Of a DNA stretch of 64,000 bases, positions 10,391 through 18,954 are shown piece by piece. Each line of letters begins with the position of its first letter. Position 1 is the stretch's first letter. Source of the DNA: Candidatus Magasanikiibacteriota bacterium (GTDB lineage: Bacteria; Patescibacteriota; Patescibacteriia; Magasanikbacterales; UBA922). The translations under genes were made by a program, and so were the position numbers. The stretch lies in the NCBI GenBank assembly GCA_003510435.1, contig DOMK01000018.1, forward strand, positions 14,121 to 78,120. Direction: 5' to 3'. The notes beneath the pieces were generated by a model. It did not search any database and was not told where the DNA came from. It worked only from the letters and a program-made list of their open reading frames with translations.

Positions 10391-10681
10391 TTAGACGAAT
10401 TTTATTTCCAAAGTCTTGCCCAAAGCTGAAGCCACTTTGACCAACATATCAGTAGAAAAGTTCTGTTTTCCCGCTTCCATTCTCGCCACATTACTTTGAG
10501 TGGTACCAATTTTCTTGGCCAATTGACTTTGTGATACTTTTTTCTTTTTGCGCAATTGCAAAATTTGGTAAGCAATTTCTAACTGTTTACCATACTCATC
10601 AAACATTAGTTTGAATTCAGGATTTTTAAGTTCTCTTTTTAGATCTTCTTCAAAATCATTTGTTTTATTTTTATTCTTCAT
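10391..10681 (-). CDS. XRE-family HTH antitoxin (HigA-like)
   Basis: 96 aa; C-terminal HTH (SQSQLAKKIGTTQSNVARMEAG). Overlaps the upstream toxin gene by 11 nt. Confidence 0.75.
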   Translation of the reverse strand: MKNKNKTNDFEEDLKRELKNPEFKLMFDEYGKQLEIAYQILQLRKKKKVSQSQLAKKIGTTQSNVARMEAGKQNFSTDMLVKVASALGKTLEIKFV

Positions 10682-11036
10682 ATAAATTTGTGTTATTGAT
10701 TATATCAAAATAATATTGTATGGCTTTTTCAATTTCATTTTCCGGAGTCTTGGTGGTTCTCTTAGTAAATCCATTTAATAAAATAATTTTTTTATTAATG
10801 AAAGTAAAATAAAAAATTCTATGATGTTCTTTGGCAAAGTCAACTCTTAACTCTCTTATTTTATTTTTTATATGCCGTGAATATGGTTCGTCCAAATATC
10901 CATTGTTTAACCTTAAATACTCCAGATACTTAAAAACTTTTGCTCTAACTTTTTTGTCTAAACTAAAAATAAATTCCCTGGCCGGTTGTTTTCCATTTGA
11001 ACTATTTTTGTAATAAAATACTTTATATTCTTCCAT
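10671..11036 (-). CDS. RelE/ParE-superfamily toxin (HigB / Gp49-like)
   Basis: 121 aa. Pattern ..IRELRVDFAKEHHRIFYF...KIILLNGFTKRTTKTP typical of HigB/Gp49-like toxins. Toxin-first order as in higBA. Confidence 0.75.
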   Translation of the reverse strand: MEEYKVFYYKNSSNGKQPAREFIFSLDKKVRAKVFKYLEYLRLNNGYLDEPYSRHIKNKIRELRVDFAKEHHRIFYFTFINKKIILLNGFTKRTTKTPENEIEKAIQYYFDIINNTNLYEE

Positions 11037-11052
11037 ATATATTATATATCAT

Positions 11053-11068
11053 ATATCATATATGATAT
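11053..11068. promoter_or_regulatory. 16-bp perfect palindrome atatcatatatgatat; candidate operator of the toxin-antitoxin operon
   Basis: Perfect inverted repeat 17 nt upstream of the toxin ATG. Overlaps the spacer and -10 of a TTGACA(rc 11072-11077)-17-TATGAT promoter on the minus strand. Confidence 0.5.
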
Positions 11069-11103
11069 GTTGTCAATGGCATTACCCACATAAAAAATAT
11101 ATC

Positions 11104-11880
11104 CTAATTTTTATGAGCTTTTACCCCATTCCAAGACAATTCATAAGCCTGACGCATCGCTTCTGCTAAAGGCGCGCTCTCAATAATTATTGACATTTGT
11201 TCAGCATAATTCAAAAATGCTACTTTATTTTTATATATATTAACTTCAATATGTGGATTGAATTTTTCTTTTGGAGCAACCAAAGTTTCTGATAGTTCTT
11301 CCTTGTCTCTGCTTTTGTGAGACATATCCCACTCAGAACCATAGCTAGCAATCCGTCGCGCTTTGATATTTAATTTTACTCGCTTTTTTATATATTCAGG
11401 ATCCACATCAAAAGTATCAAATTTAAAATAATCATCTGTGTTCCATTCCAAAATTTCTTCTGGTTTTTCTAAAAGAGTATCATCATAGACTTTTTGCATG
11501 GCATCTCTGCCTTCATAAAATAATATTTTGGGTTTTTTATCACTCTTATTATAAACCGCTTCTAGTTCTGGTAAAGCTTTTTCCAAATTATTTTTTAAAT
11601 CTTCCACTCCAGAAATTAATTTACTAGGATGATCAGCGACAAATTTCATATTGCCATTTTCCAATGTCTGACCAACAAACCCTCGACCAACTAATTTTTT
11701 CAAAACTGAATAAACTGTAGTGCGTGGCAATCCAGCTTTGACCGCAATATCTTGCGCTGCCGCCTGACCAGATTCCAAAGAGGCAAGATAAACTTTTATT
11801 TCTCGCTTTGACAAACCAAGTTGTGACAATAATCTTTCTATTTGCATATTAATATTAGATGACGAAATATTCGTCGTCAT
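11104..11880 (-). CDS. TrmB-family HTH transcriptional regulator (paralog 1)
   Basis: LGLSKREIKVYLASLESGQAAAQDIAVKAGLPRTTVYSVLKKLVGRGFV is a TrmB-type winged helix. Start is probably Met at 11880 or 11847 rather than the listed ORF start at 11943. Confidence 0.7.
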   Translation of the reverse strand: MTTNISSSNINMQIERLLSQLGLSKREIKVYLASLESGQAAAQDIAVKAGLPRTTVYSVLKKLVGRGFVGQTLENGNMKFVADHPSKLISGVEDLKNNLEKALPELEAVYNKSDKKPKILFYEGRDAMQKVYDDTLLEKPEEILEWNTDDYFKFDTFDVDPEYIKKRVKLNIKARRIASYGSEWDMSHKSRDKEELSETLVAPKEKFNPHIEVNIYKNKVAFLNYAEQMSIIIESAPLAEAMRQAYELSWNGVKAHKN

Positions 11881-11901
11881 TATATAATTAAAAAATGCCT
11901 T

Positions 11902-11942
11902 TGTCAAGAGACATTTTTGATTATGTCTAAAATATTTAGACA
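11902..11942. promoter_or_regulatory. TGTC-N-GACA palindromic operator-like sites upstream of TrmB paralog 1
   Basis: tgtcaagagaca (11902-11913) and tgtctaaaatatttagaca (11924-11942). A similar palindrome sits upstream of paralog 2 at 58723-58739. Confidence 0.45.
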
Positions 11943-12073
11943 ATGACGACGAAAATACTAGATTATTAAACTATTTTCAAATATAATTCATTGTTCAACC
12001 AGAGAAATGGGTCTGTGGTTGAAAACGTTCCTTACTACCCCGCTACCGAGGGCTGATATCGGAGAAAGGGGAA

Positions 12074-12340
12074 ATGATGAGCGGACGAATTTTAATGAAC
12101 GAATACTACTGCACCAACAAAGGATGTATATGGTATTCAGCAGAATTACACAAGGACAAAAAGTATTGCCCAAAATGTGGTTCTCCGGTTGAGTTTGACG
12201 GGGGAGTTCAGTGCCAGTGTGGTGTTAAGTATGCGAGCGGCGAAGAAGGTTTTTGTTCCAAGTGTGGTCGTCCGTTGTCCGAAGCAACGCCCATCACGTC
12301 GCAGAAAGGTTTTTGGTCCCGCATGTTTCATCGTAAGTAA
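12074..12340 (+). CDS. Double zinc-ribbon protein (GC-rich cassette gene 1)
   Basis: 88 aa with four CxxC/Cx4C pairs (CTNKGC, CPKCG, CQCG, CSKCG). GGAGAAAGGGG Shine-Dalgarno. Local GC about 50%. Confidence 0.55.
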   Translation: MMSGRILMNEYYCTNKGCIWYSAELHKDKKYCPKCGSPVEFDGGVQCQCGVKYASGEEGFCSKCGRPLSEATPITSQKGFWSRMFHRK

Positions 12341-12355
12341 TTGGAGAATAAATAC

Positions 12356-12685
12356 ATGAGCAAAGCCTCCAGACACTACAAAGTAGTACGATTACCTAGA
12401 ACGATGACGCCAAAAGAACTGTCTGAATTTGTAGGGGGAATTAAACCGCCACCAAATTCATCTTCTTACCGCGTAGCTGGCCCAACAGCACTAGCTACTT
12501 GGACAATTTTGGGAGGAGGAAAGCACAATAATACTAAGGTAGTTTTTGGCAGTGGCAATCGCTTTGGTAATCTGAGAGATAGGACAGTAATGTCAAGCAC
12601 TCCATGGAGTGTCCTTCCAACCAGACGAAAGACTGTCAACTGGGCAAAAGGAACGTGTGTCCTTCTTATGTCCTTCATCCATTAG
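12356..12685 (+). CDS. Hypothetical protein (GC-rich cassette gene 2)
   Basis: Met at 12356 preceded by a GGAG Shine-Dalgarno. No recognisable domain. Confidence 0.4.
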   Translation: MSKASRHYKVVRLPRTMTPKELSEFVGGIKPPPNSSSYRVAGPTALATWTILGGGKHNNTKVVFGSGNRFGNLRDRTVMSSTPWSVLPTRRKTVNWAKGTCVLLMSFIH

Positions 12686-12760
12686 CGTCGCCTGACCGCG
12701 TTTCAAATAGTCAGGCACTACATCCCTCCGTATAAATATTTTGTACGGAGAGATACAAAA

Positions 12761-12789
12761 AAACATCCCGATTTAATCGGGATGTTTTT
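12761..12789. terminator. Bidirectional rho-independent terminator; member of the tcccgattaaatcggga palindromic repeat family
   Basis: aaacatcccgatttaatcgggatgttttt: 9-bp stem flanked by an A-run and a T-run. Sits between the cassette and the rpsR 3' end. Confidence 0.6.
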
Positions 12790-12792
12790 ATG

Positions 12793-12810
12793 CCTGCCTG
12801 CGCAGGCAGG
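12793..12810. repeat. 18-bp perfect palindrome cctgcctgcgcaggcagg (GC-rich REP-like element)
   Basis: Perfect inverted repeat. A related cctgcct..ggcaggcagg element occurs at 33948-33968 inside a CDS. Confidence 0.4.
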
Positions 12811-12837
12811 TTTAAGTGTTTAAATGTTTCAATGTCT

Positions 12838-13065
12838 TTATTTTGCTACATAACCCATCAAACTAGAAATTCTAGCTTGCTTGATTGCTCGAGCTACTTT
12901 TCTCTGATGCAAGGCACACAAACCACTTCGACGGCGAGGGGCAATCTTTAGATAAGATGACACGAACCGACGTAAAGTTTGGACATCTTTGTAATCAACT
13001 TCAATTTTGTTATCAGCACAAAAATGACATTGTTTTTCTACGACTTTTTTTGTTGGTATTACCAT
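12838..13065 (-). CDS. rpsR: 30S ribosomal protein S18
   Basis: 75 aa; CHFCADNKIEVDYKDVQTLRRFVS...APRRRSGLCALHQRKVARAIKQAR is a canonical S18 sequence. Confidence 0.9.
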   Translation of the reverse strand: MVIPTKKVVEKQCHFCADNKIEVDYKDVQTLRRFVSSYLKIAPRRRSGLCALHQRKVARAIKQARISSLMGYVAK

Positions 13066-13118
13066 AATTAATATATTATCAGACTCTACCAGTGGCTCTT
13101 GCCACTTGAATCAAGCTT

Positions 13119-13544
13119 CTAAAAGGGTATATCTTCTACTTTAATTTCTTCTTCTATAACTTCCTCGACTGGTGGTGGAACATTGTCATTATTAGAATTT
13201 GAATTAGTTGAACCACGTGGTCCATCAAGCATAATCATATTATCAACAATAATCTCAGTGCGATATTTTTTTACGCCATCTTGACCAACCCAATCGCGAG
13301 TTTCCAATCTTCCTTCCAAATAAACACGACGGCCTTTGCTAAGATATTGAGCAGCAATTTCTGCCAATTTACCCCAGATGACACAGTTGTGATATTCCAC
13401 TTTTTCTTGTTTAGCACCACTTTGGTCAGTCCACACTCGATTAGTGGCCACGCCAAGAGAAGTGACATTTTTCCCAGTGGGAGTAGTCCGCATTTCTGGA
13501 TCGCGGGTTAGACGTCCCAAAATGCTTGCACGATTTAGATCCAT
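13119..13544 (-). CDS. ssb: Single-stranded DNA-binding protein
   Basis: OB-fold N-terminal region (ILGRLTRDPEMRTT..G..V....VA) and acidic C-terminal DIPF tail. Confidence 0.9.
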   Translation of the reverse strand: MDLNRASILGRLTRDPEMRTTPTGKNVTSLGVATNRVWTDQSGAKQEKVEYHNCVIWGKLAEIAAQYLSKGRRVYLEGRLETRDWVGQDGVKKYRTEIIVDNMIMLDGPRGSTNSNSNNDNVPPPVEEVIEEEIKVEDIPF

Positions 13545-13576
13545 AGAAGATATAATTAATAATTAATTTTCAATTT

Positions 13577-13617
13577 ATCCCGATTAAATTCGGGATCCCG
13601 TGCTATGTCGGGACAAT
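13577..13617. repeat. Two adjacent palindromic hairpins between rpsF and ssb
   Basis: atcccgattaaattcgggat plus atcccgtgctatgtcgggacaat. The second hairpin recurs at 33443-33465; the first at 12765-12785 and 34802-34820. Confidence 0.5.
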
Positions 13618-13674
13618 TTTCATTTTATAAATATTTTGAAAATTGAAAATTGGTTTTTATAATTTGTTGTATTA

Positions 13675-14250
13675 TTATACCTTATCCAATTCCATATCCA
13701 AAATTTCATCCAATTTTTTATCAATATCATCCAGTTTGACTCTCTTATCTTCTTTTTTGGCTCTCGGTTTTTTTACTTCTTCTACTTCTTTAACTTTTGG
13801 TGCCACATTGGCAGCAATGTCATCAACTACGGTTGTTTCTTCTTTTTTGACTTCTACTCTTTTTGTATAATGTTCAGTTCTGCCTTCTGATCTTGGTTCA
13901 AAAACCCTATCATCAGAATTAGTCGGCATGTGACCAAAACTAATTTTATTTGAAACTGGTTTATTAGCTTCCAATTTGGTCAGTAAAACGCGTAACAATT
14001 CTGACATCAAACGTAATTTCCCATTAATTATCACTATGGCATTATTTTCTGCTTCAAAATGAGCTAGACTAAAATAACCATAACGAATATGTTTGATCGG
14101 GTAAGCCAAACGGCTCTTGCCCATATCACTGATTGTCAATTTTTCCACACCATTCTCTTCAAGAACAGCTTTTACTTTGTTAACCAAAGCAGGCACTTCG
14201 TCTTCTGAGAGAGTACCAGGTAAAATAAACATTAACTCGTAATTTTGCAT
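13675..14250 (-). CDS. rpsF: 30S ribosomal protein S6 with a long K/E-rich C-terminal extension
   Basis: N-terminus MQNYELMFILPGTLSEDEV....LAYPIK is canonical S6; 191 aa total. Forms an rpsF-ssb-rpsR operon. Confidence 0.9.
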   Translation of the reverse strand: MQNYELMFILPGTLSEDEVPALVNKVKAVLEENGVEKLTISDMGKSRLAYPIKHIRYGYFSLAHFEAENNAIVIINGKLRLMSELLRVLLTKLEANKPVSNKISFGHMPTNSDDRVFEPRSEGRTEHYTKRVEVKKEETTVVDDIAANVAPKVKEVEEVKKPRAKKEDKRVKLDDIDKKLDEILDMELDKV

Positions 14251-14435
14251 AATTTTATATCATTAACCTCTGTATCCTTCCTACCCCTTTCGACCTCGGG
14301 GCATACAAAGTAAGCGCTGATATAATGAAAACAATATACCAGAATAGGGTGAGTTTGTCAAATCCTTTGTCTTTGAAAGATTTTTTGATAATTTAAAACC
14401 AAAAAATGTAAAATTTATTCATTATTCTTTATTCC

Positions 14436-14473
14436 TTGACGATATTCCTTACAACACCTATATATGCTATAAT
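14436..14473 (+). promoter_or_regulatory. Candidate promoter for pilB (TTGACG-17-TATATA, with an overlapping extended -10 TGcTATAAT)
   Basis: TTGACG 14436-14441; TATATA 14459-14464; TGcTATAAT 14465-14473. Confidence 0.4.
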
Positions 14474-14519
14474 ATAAATACTTTATACTTTAAAACTTTA
14501 CAAACTTCAACTCAATTCT

Positions 14520-16247
14520 ATGCTTCCAAATGAAATTCTTCGCACAATCCTAAAAGATGATTTTAATATAAAAAACGAGGATTATAAAAAACATGAAATC
14601 CAAGCCAAAAAGCTAAATAAAACATTGGAACAATATTTATTTGATGAAAATATTGTGGATGAAGTGGAACTATATACCAAAGCTTCCAATCGTTATGAAG
14701 TCCCATTTGTCACTCTCAAAGGGGTAGAGATCAAAAAAGAAATTCTAAATCTAGTTCCGCCACCTCTGGCTCAAACTCACAATGTAGTGGCTTTTGACAA
14801 AGACAAACAAGAAGTAAAATTGGCCATGCTAGATCCAATGGATATCCAAACCATTGAATTTTTGCACAGAAAAATTGGTCTTATTCCCAAAGTATTTTTT
14901 ACTACTCCCAGCGATATTAAAGAAGCTCTCCATCGCTATCATGCTGATTTGGAAAGTGATGTTTCGATCAGACAATTATCTGATGGCGAAGTCGCGAGTG
15001 AAAAAGATCTGAAAAAAGCCGCTGAGGAATTACCCATTATTAATATCGTGAATAGTATTTTGGAACACGCGGTTTATGAAGGCGCGAGTGATATTCACAT
15101 TGAACCAGCTGAAAAAGAAATTGTCGTGCGCTATCGGGTAGATGGAATTTTGAAAAATGTGATGAACCTACCAAAGACTGTCCGGAGTGGGATTGTGGCT
15201 CGTATCAAAGTGTTGTCAAATTTAAAAATTGATGAACACATGAAACCCCAAGATGGCCGATTCAAAATTCAAATTCAAGATGAAAAACTATCTTTCCGTG
15301 TTTCTATTATGCCTGTCTATGATGGAGAAAAAATTGTGATGCGTCTTTTGCACGAAGGCCAAAAACCTCTCAACCTGGATCAACTTGGATTTTTACCTGA
15401 AGCCAGAAAATTAGTAGAAGAAGCAATCAAAAAACCTCATGGTATGATCCTAGTGACTGGGCCAACAGGTTCTGGAAAAACTACCACTCTTTATTCTTTA
15501 CTCGGAATTTTGAATCAGCCTGATGTAAATATTTCTACGATTGAAGACCCGATTGAATACCATGTCAAAGGTATAAATCAAAGTCAGACAAATGCGCAAG
15601 TTGGTTTTACTTTTGCGATTGGTCTACGGGCTTTCTTACGTCAAGATCCAGATATTATTATGGTCGGAGAAATTCGTGATAATGAAACTGCCCAAATCGC
15701 TGTCCATGCGGCTATGACTGGGCACTTGGTACTCTCTACACTTCATACCAATGATGCCCCAACGACTTTACCTCGTTTGTTAGACATGGACATTCCTCCA
15801 TTCTTGATTGCCTTTACCGCCAATATTATTGTGGCCCAAAGATTGGTAAGAAAAATTTGTGAACACTGTAAAAAGGAATATTATTTGGACAAGACCGAAA
15901 TTTCTGAACTAGAAAAATCGACTGACATCAAAAAAATAAAAGAACTATTTAATAAACAAAAAATAAAATTGGCTGACAAAGAAAAAAATGTCGAAACTTT
16001 AATTTTTTATCGTGGTGAAGGTTGTCGACGGTGTAATAATACTGGCTACAAAGGCAGAATTGGTATTTATGAAGTCTTGGATATTGATAAGGATATGGCC
16101 AAAAAAATTAATGAACGCGCCACCGCTGATGTGATAAAAGATTATGCCAGACAAAAAGGTATGACCACAATTATGGAAGATGGAATTGTAAAAGCTAAAC
16201 AAGGCATTACCACGATTGAGGAAATTTTGCGAGTGAGTAAGGACTAA
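14520..16247 (+). CDS. pilB: Type IV pilus assembly ATPase PilB (GspE family)
   Basis: 575 aa. Walker A GPTGSGKTTT, Asp/His boxes, C-terminal CxxC..CxxC tetracysteine motif. Confidence 0.92.
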   Translation: MLPNEILRTILKDDFNIKNEDYKKHEIQAKKLNKTLEQYLFDENIVDEVELYTKASNRYEVPFVTLKGVEIKKEILNLVPPPLAQTHNVVAFDKDKQEVKLAMLDPMDIQTIEFLHRKIGLIPKVFFTTPSDIKEALHRYHADLESDVSIRQLSDGEVASEKDLKKAAEELPIINIVNSILEHAVYEGASDIHIEPAEKEIVVRYRVDGILKNVMNLPKTVRSGIVARIKVLSNLKIDEHMKPQDGRFKIQIQDEKLSFRVSIMPVYDGEKIVMRLLHEGQKPLNLDQLGFLPEARKLVEEAIKKPHGMILVTGPTGSGKTTTLYSLLGILNQPDVNISTIEDPIEYHVKGINQSQTNAQVGFTFAIGLRAFLRQDPDIIMVGEIRDNETAQIAVHAAMTGHLVLSTLHTNDAPTTLPRLLDMDIPPFLIAFTANIIVAQRLVRKICEHCKKEYYLDKTEISELEKSTDIKKIKELFNKQKIKLADKEKNVETLIFYRGEGCRRCNNTGYKGRIGIYEVLDIDKDMAKKINERATADVIKDYARQKGMTTIMEDGIVKAKQGITTIEEILRVSKD

Positions 16248-16323
16248 ACAAATTTATATCTATTTATCTCAATGTATAAAAAATCTTGCTAAAAAATAAA
16301 AACTTCCAAGTTATTACAAGTCT

Positions 16324-17436
16324 ATGAAAAAACCTCGTGAACTTTCGTCACTAGAAATAAAACTAAACGCCTGGGTCACTAAATATCTGACTAGAATTCC
16401 TTTTATCCAAAAGATGTTTTTTATTGACCACTTGAAAACCATGATTCACGCGGGCTTGTCTATTACCGAATCTCTAGATACTTTGAGCAAAGAAATTGAA
16501 AACAAAAAACTAAAAGGCATTATTGCCGAAATTAAGATTGGTATAGAAAAAGGCAATCAACTAAGTGAAGTGCTAGCAAAATATCCCCAAGCTTTTCCCC
16601 CAATTTATGTAAAAATGGTTGAATCGGGCGAAGTCTCTGGTAAACTAGAAGAATCTCTAACTCAAATCGTAGAACAAATGCAAAAAACTCAAGAACTAAA
16701 CTCCAGTATCCGTGGGGCTATGATTTATCCAGCAGTAATCTTAGTCGCTATGGGTGGAATTGGTATTATGATGGTGACTGTAGTCTTGCCAAAATTAATG
16801 ACCTTGTTTGAAGAATTTGATACTGAATTGCCTTTGGCTACCAGAATGTTAATGGCCATCACCAACTTCATGAGCAAACCACTAAACCTAATTATAATGG
16901 TCTTGGTTATTACTGCCATAATTACGGCCTTTGTCATGTCTCTAAAAAGAATTCCTGAATTCAAAAAATTTGTTCATAAATTAAATCTTCACCTGCCTAT
17001 CATTGGCATGGTAGTAAAAAAAATAAACTTAGCCCGTTTTTCGCTTACCTTATCTTCACTTTTAAAAAGTACCATTCCAATCGTGGACGCCACAGATATT
17101 ACGGCCGAGACTTGTGGTAATGTATTATACAAAAATGCTCTGCACGAAGCAGCCGAAAGAATAAAGACTGGCACACCTTTATCAGAAATCTTGGCTGATT
17201 ATCCCAAACTTTTTCCACCGATGGTGACAGAAATGATTATGGTTGGCGAACGTTCCGGAGAAATTGATCACTTGCTCGAAGAACTGGCAAAATTTTATAG
17301 TAGTGAAGTAGACAAAACCATGAAAAATTTCACTCAAGTAATAGAACCTATCATCATTCTTCTCTTGGGTGTAGCGGTTGCCATTATGGCGGTCGCTGTG
17401 ATCACACCCATGTATACATTGGTACAGAATTTTTAA
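16324..17436 (+). CDS. pilC: Type IV pilus inner-membrane platform protein PilC (GspF family)
   Basis: 370 aa, two T2SSF repeats, three TM segments, conserved P..V..M...GE.SG blocks. Confidence 0.88.
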   Translation: MKKPRELSSLEIKLNAWVTKYLTRIPFIQKMFFIDHLKTMIHAGLSITESLDTLSKEIENKKLKGIIAEIKIGIEKGNQLSEVLAKYPQAFPPIYVKMVESGEVSGKLEESLTQIVEQMQKTQELNSSIRGAMIYPAVILVAMGGIGIMMVTVVLPKLMTLFEEFDTELPLATRMLMAITNFMSKPLNLIIMVLVITAIITAFVMSLKRIPEFKKFVHKLNLHLPIIGMVVKKINLARFSLTLSSLLKSTIPIVDATDITAETCGNVLYKNALHEAAERIKTGTPLSEILADYPKLFPPMVTEMIMVGERSGEIDHLLEELAKFYSSEVDKTMKNFTQVIEPIIILLLGVAVAIMAVAVITPMYTLVQNF

Positions 17437-17441
17437 AAATT

Positions 17442-17783
17442 ATGAATCCAATTTTTTACTACATACTACAATTTATTCTCGGTGGGGCTTCAGTAATTAT
17501 TATTACATTAATTGCAAAACATATTGATCCAAAATATACTGGTATTGCCTATGCTTTACCTGTCATTTTGATTTTGGCAGTAATTTTTATTTACTTAAAT
17601 CAAGGTTTGGAAATTGCTCAAAAAACCCTCAAATCAACCTTTGTTTATGAATTCACTTTGGTATATTTTGTACTAGCTTTTTATTTATTTTTACAATGGA
17701 TAAATTTTTGGTGGGCATTAGGAATTGCTTTTATTAGCTGGGCCATTATTGCGACATTAATTCAATTAATTTTTAAACTGTAA
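17442..17783 (+). CDS. Small 4-TM membrane protein, unknown function
   Basis: 113 aa, four hydrophobic helices; tightly linked downstream of pilC. Confidence 0.45.
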   Translation: MNPIFYYILQFILGGASVIIITLIAKHIDPKYTGIAYALPVILILAVIFIYLNQGLEIAQKTLKSTFVYEFTLVYFVLAFYLFLQWINFWWALGIAFISWAIIATLIQLIFKL

Positions 17784-17790
17784 TTATTTT

Positions 17791-18903
17791 ATGAATGAAT
17801 TTAGAACAGACAGAGAAGGACTAGGTATTACAGAAACTGATTTTGTTTTTTCAAAACCAGTTGAATTTAAAAAAGAAAATCCCTACAGAATCATGGGGCT
17901 TTTAAAAAGAGTTCGTGATTTATTTAGAAAAAAAATATCAGAAGAAACCGATGATAAGAAAAGAGAAAAAATAGAAACTGAATTTAAAACAGAATTAGCA
18001 AAAATTGAAGAACAAGATACACGTAATGGTGTTAACTTTTCCCGTTGTCAAATGGTTGACGTCATTAATGACTATCAAAAAGGTAAACCAGTTGAATTTG
18101 AAGCGCTTGGTCCATACATAATGGACTATAATTTAAAGACTGGTGAAATCAAGCCAGAAAATTTAACCAAAACTGATATAGTTGGCCTTGAAATTTCAAG
18201 ACTGCTTAGACAAAAATTTCCCAAAGCGAGATTGATATCCCTGTGTGATGAATACAATACTGGCATATTAGACTCAACAAATTTTCGTGGTATACCAACA
18301 GAAAAAATTATTTCTGATCCCTCTATAAAAGGATTTGTACCAAAGAAAAAAGGCTACGAAGATGATGAACCAAAAGTCACTCCACCAAATGCCACTCAAT
18401 TAACTTTACCAGATGAAACTAAAACAAATTTTAGAAAAAATTATGAACAGCTTTTAAAAAACCAAGGAATTATTAGAGACGACGACAAAGATGGCAAAGA
18501 CTATTTATTAGTTTCAGAAAGTGCAAAAACACAAGAAGCAGATGAATTAGTTAGAAGATTAGAAAAATTAGAAAAAATAAACCGAATAGACCAAGCCATA
18601 TATTTCATAAATCCTAAAGCAGAAAACGCTCTTTATCAAAAAATTAAATTAAAAGACGAAAACGGACAATGGACATGCACCGCTTTAGACGCTGCCTCCT
18701 TTCTAGGAAAAGATAATTCTAAAATAACTCACCTCATTATTTTGCCAAATGATTTTATTAAACAACAAGATCAGGTATGGGAAATTTTAAGGGTACTAGA
18801 CATACAACCAGCTAATTATCATAATATTTTTTATGATGAAAATACCCCGCCAGAACAAGTCGTTGAAACCATTCGCGAAGAAATAGAAAAATATTTAAAA
18901 TAA
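17791..18903 (+). CDS. Hypothetical charged soluble protein (370 aa) in the pilB-pilC operon
   Basis: Long intact ORF, same strand, 8 nt after the preceding gene. No recognisable motif. Confidence 0.5.
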   Translation: MNEFRTDREGLGITETDFVFSKPVEFKKENPYRIMGLLKRVRDLFRKKISEETDDKKREKIETEFKTELAKIEEQDTRNGVNFSRCQMVDVINDYQKGKPVEFEALGPYIMDYNLKTGEIKPENLTKTDIVGLEISRLLRQKFPKARLISLCDEYNTGILDSTNFRGIPTEKIISDPSIKGFVPKKKGYEDDEPKVTPPNATQLTLPDETKTNFRKNYEQLLKNQGIIRDDDKDGKDYLLVSESAKTQEADELVRRLEKLEKINRIDQAIYFINPKAENALYQKIKLKDENGQWTCTALDAASFLGKDNSKITHLIILPNDFIKQQDQVWEILRVLDIQPANYHNIFYDENTPPEQVVETIREEIEKYLK

Positions 18904-18922
18904 AAAATCCAAAAAACCATAC

Positions 18923-18954
18923 AGACTCCCCATAAAGGAGTTTTTTATTTTTTG
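18923..18954. terminator. Terminator hairpin actcc-N7-ggagt followed by a T-run (shared motif actcccca[ct]aaaggagttttt)
   Basis: agactccccataaaggagttttttattttttg. The same motif recurs at 22737-22761. Confidence 0.5.

Noticed and set aside
11881-11943. N-terminal 21-32 aa extension of TrmB paralog 1 from the listed ORF start at 11943
   Set aside because: The extension contains the palindromic operator sites; homologous paralog 2 starts directly at the HTH. The true start is probably Met 11880 or 11847.
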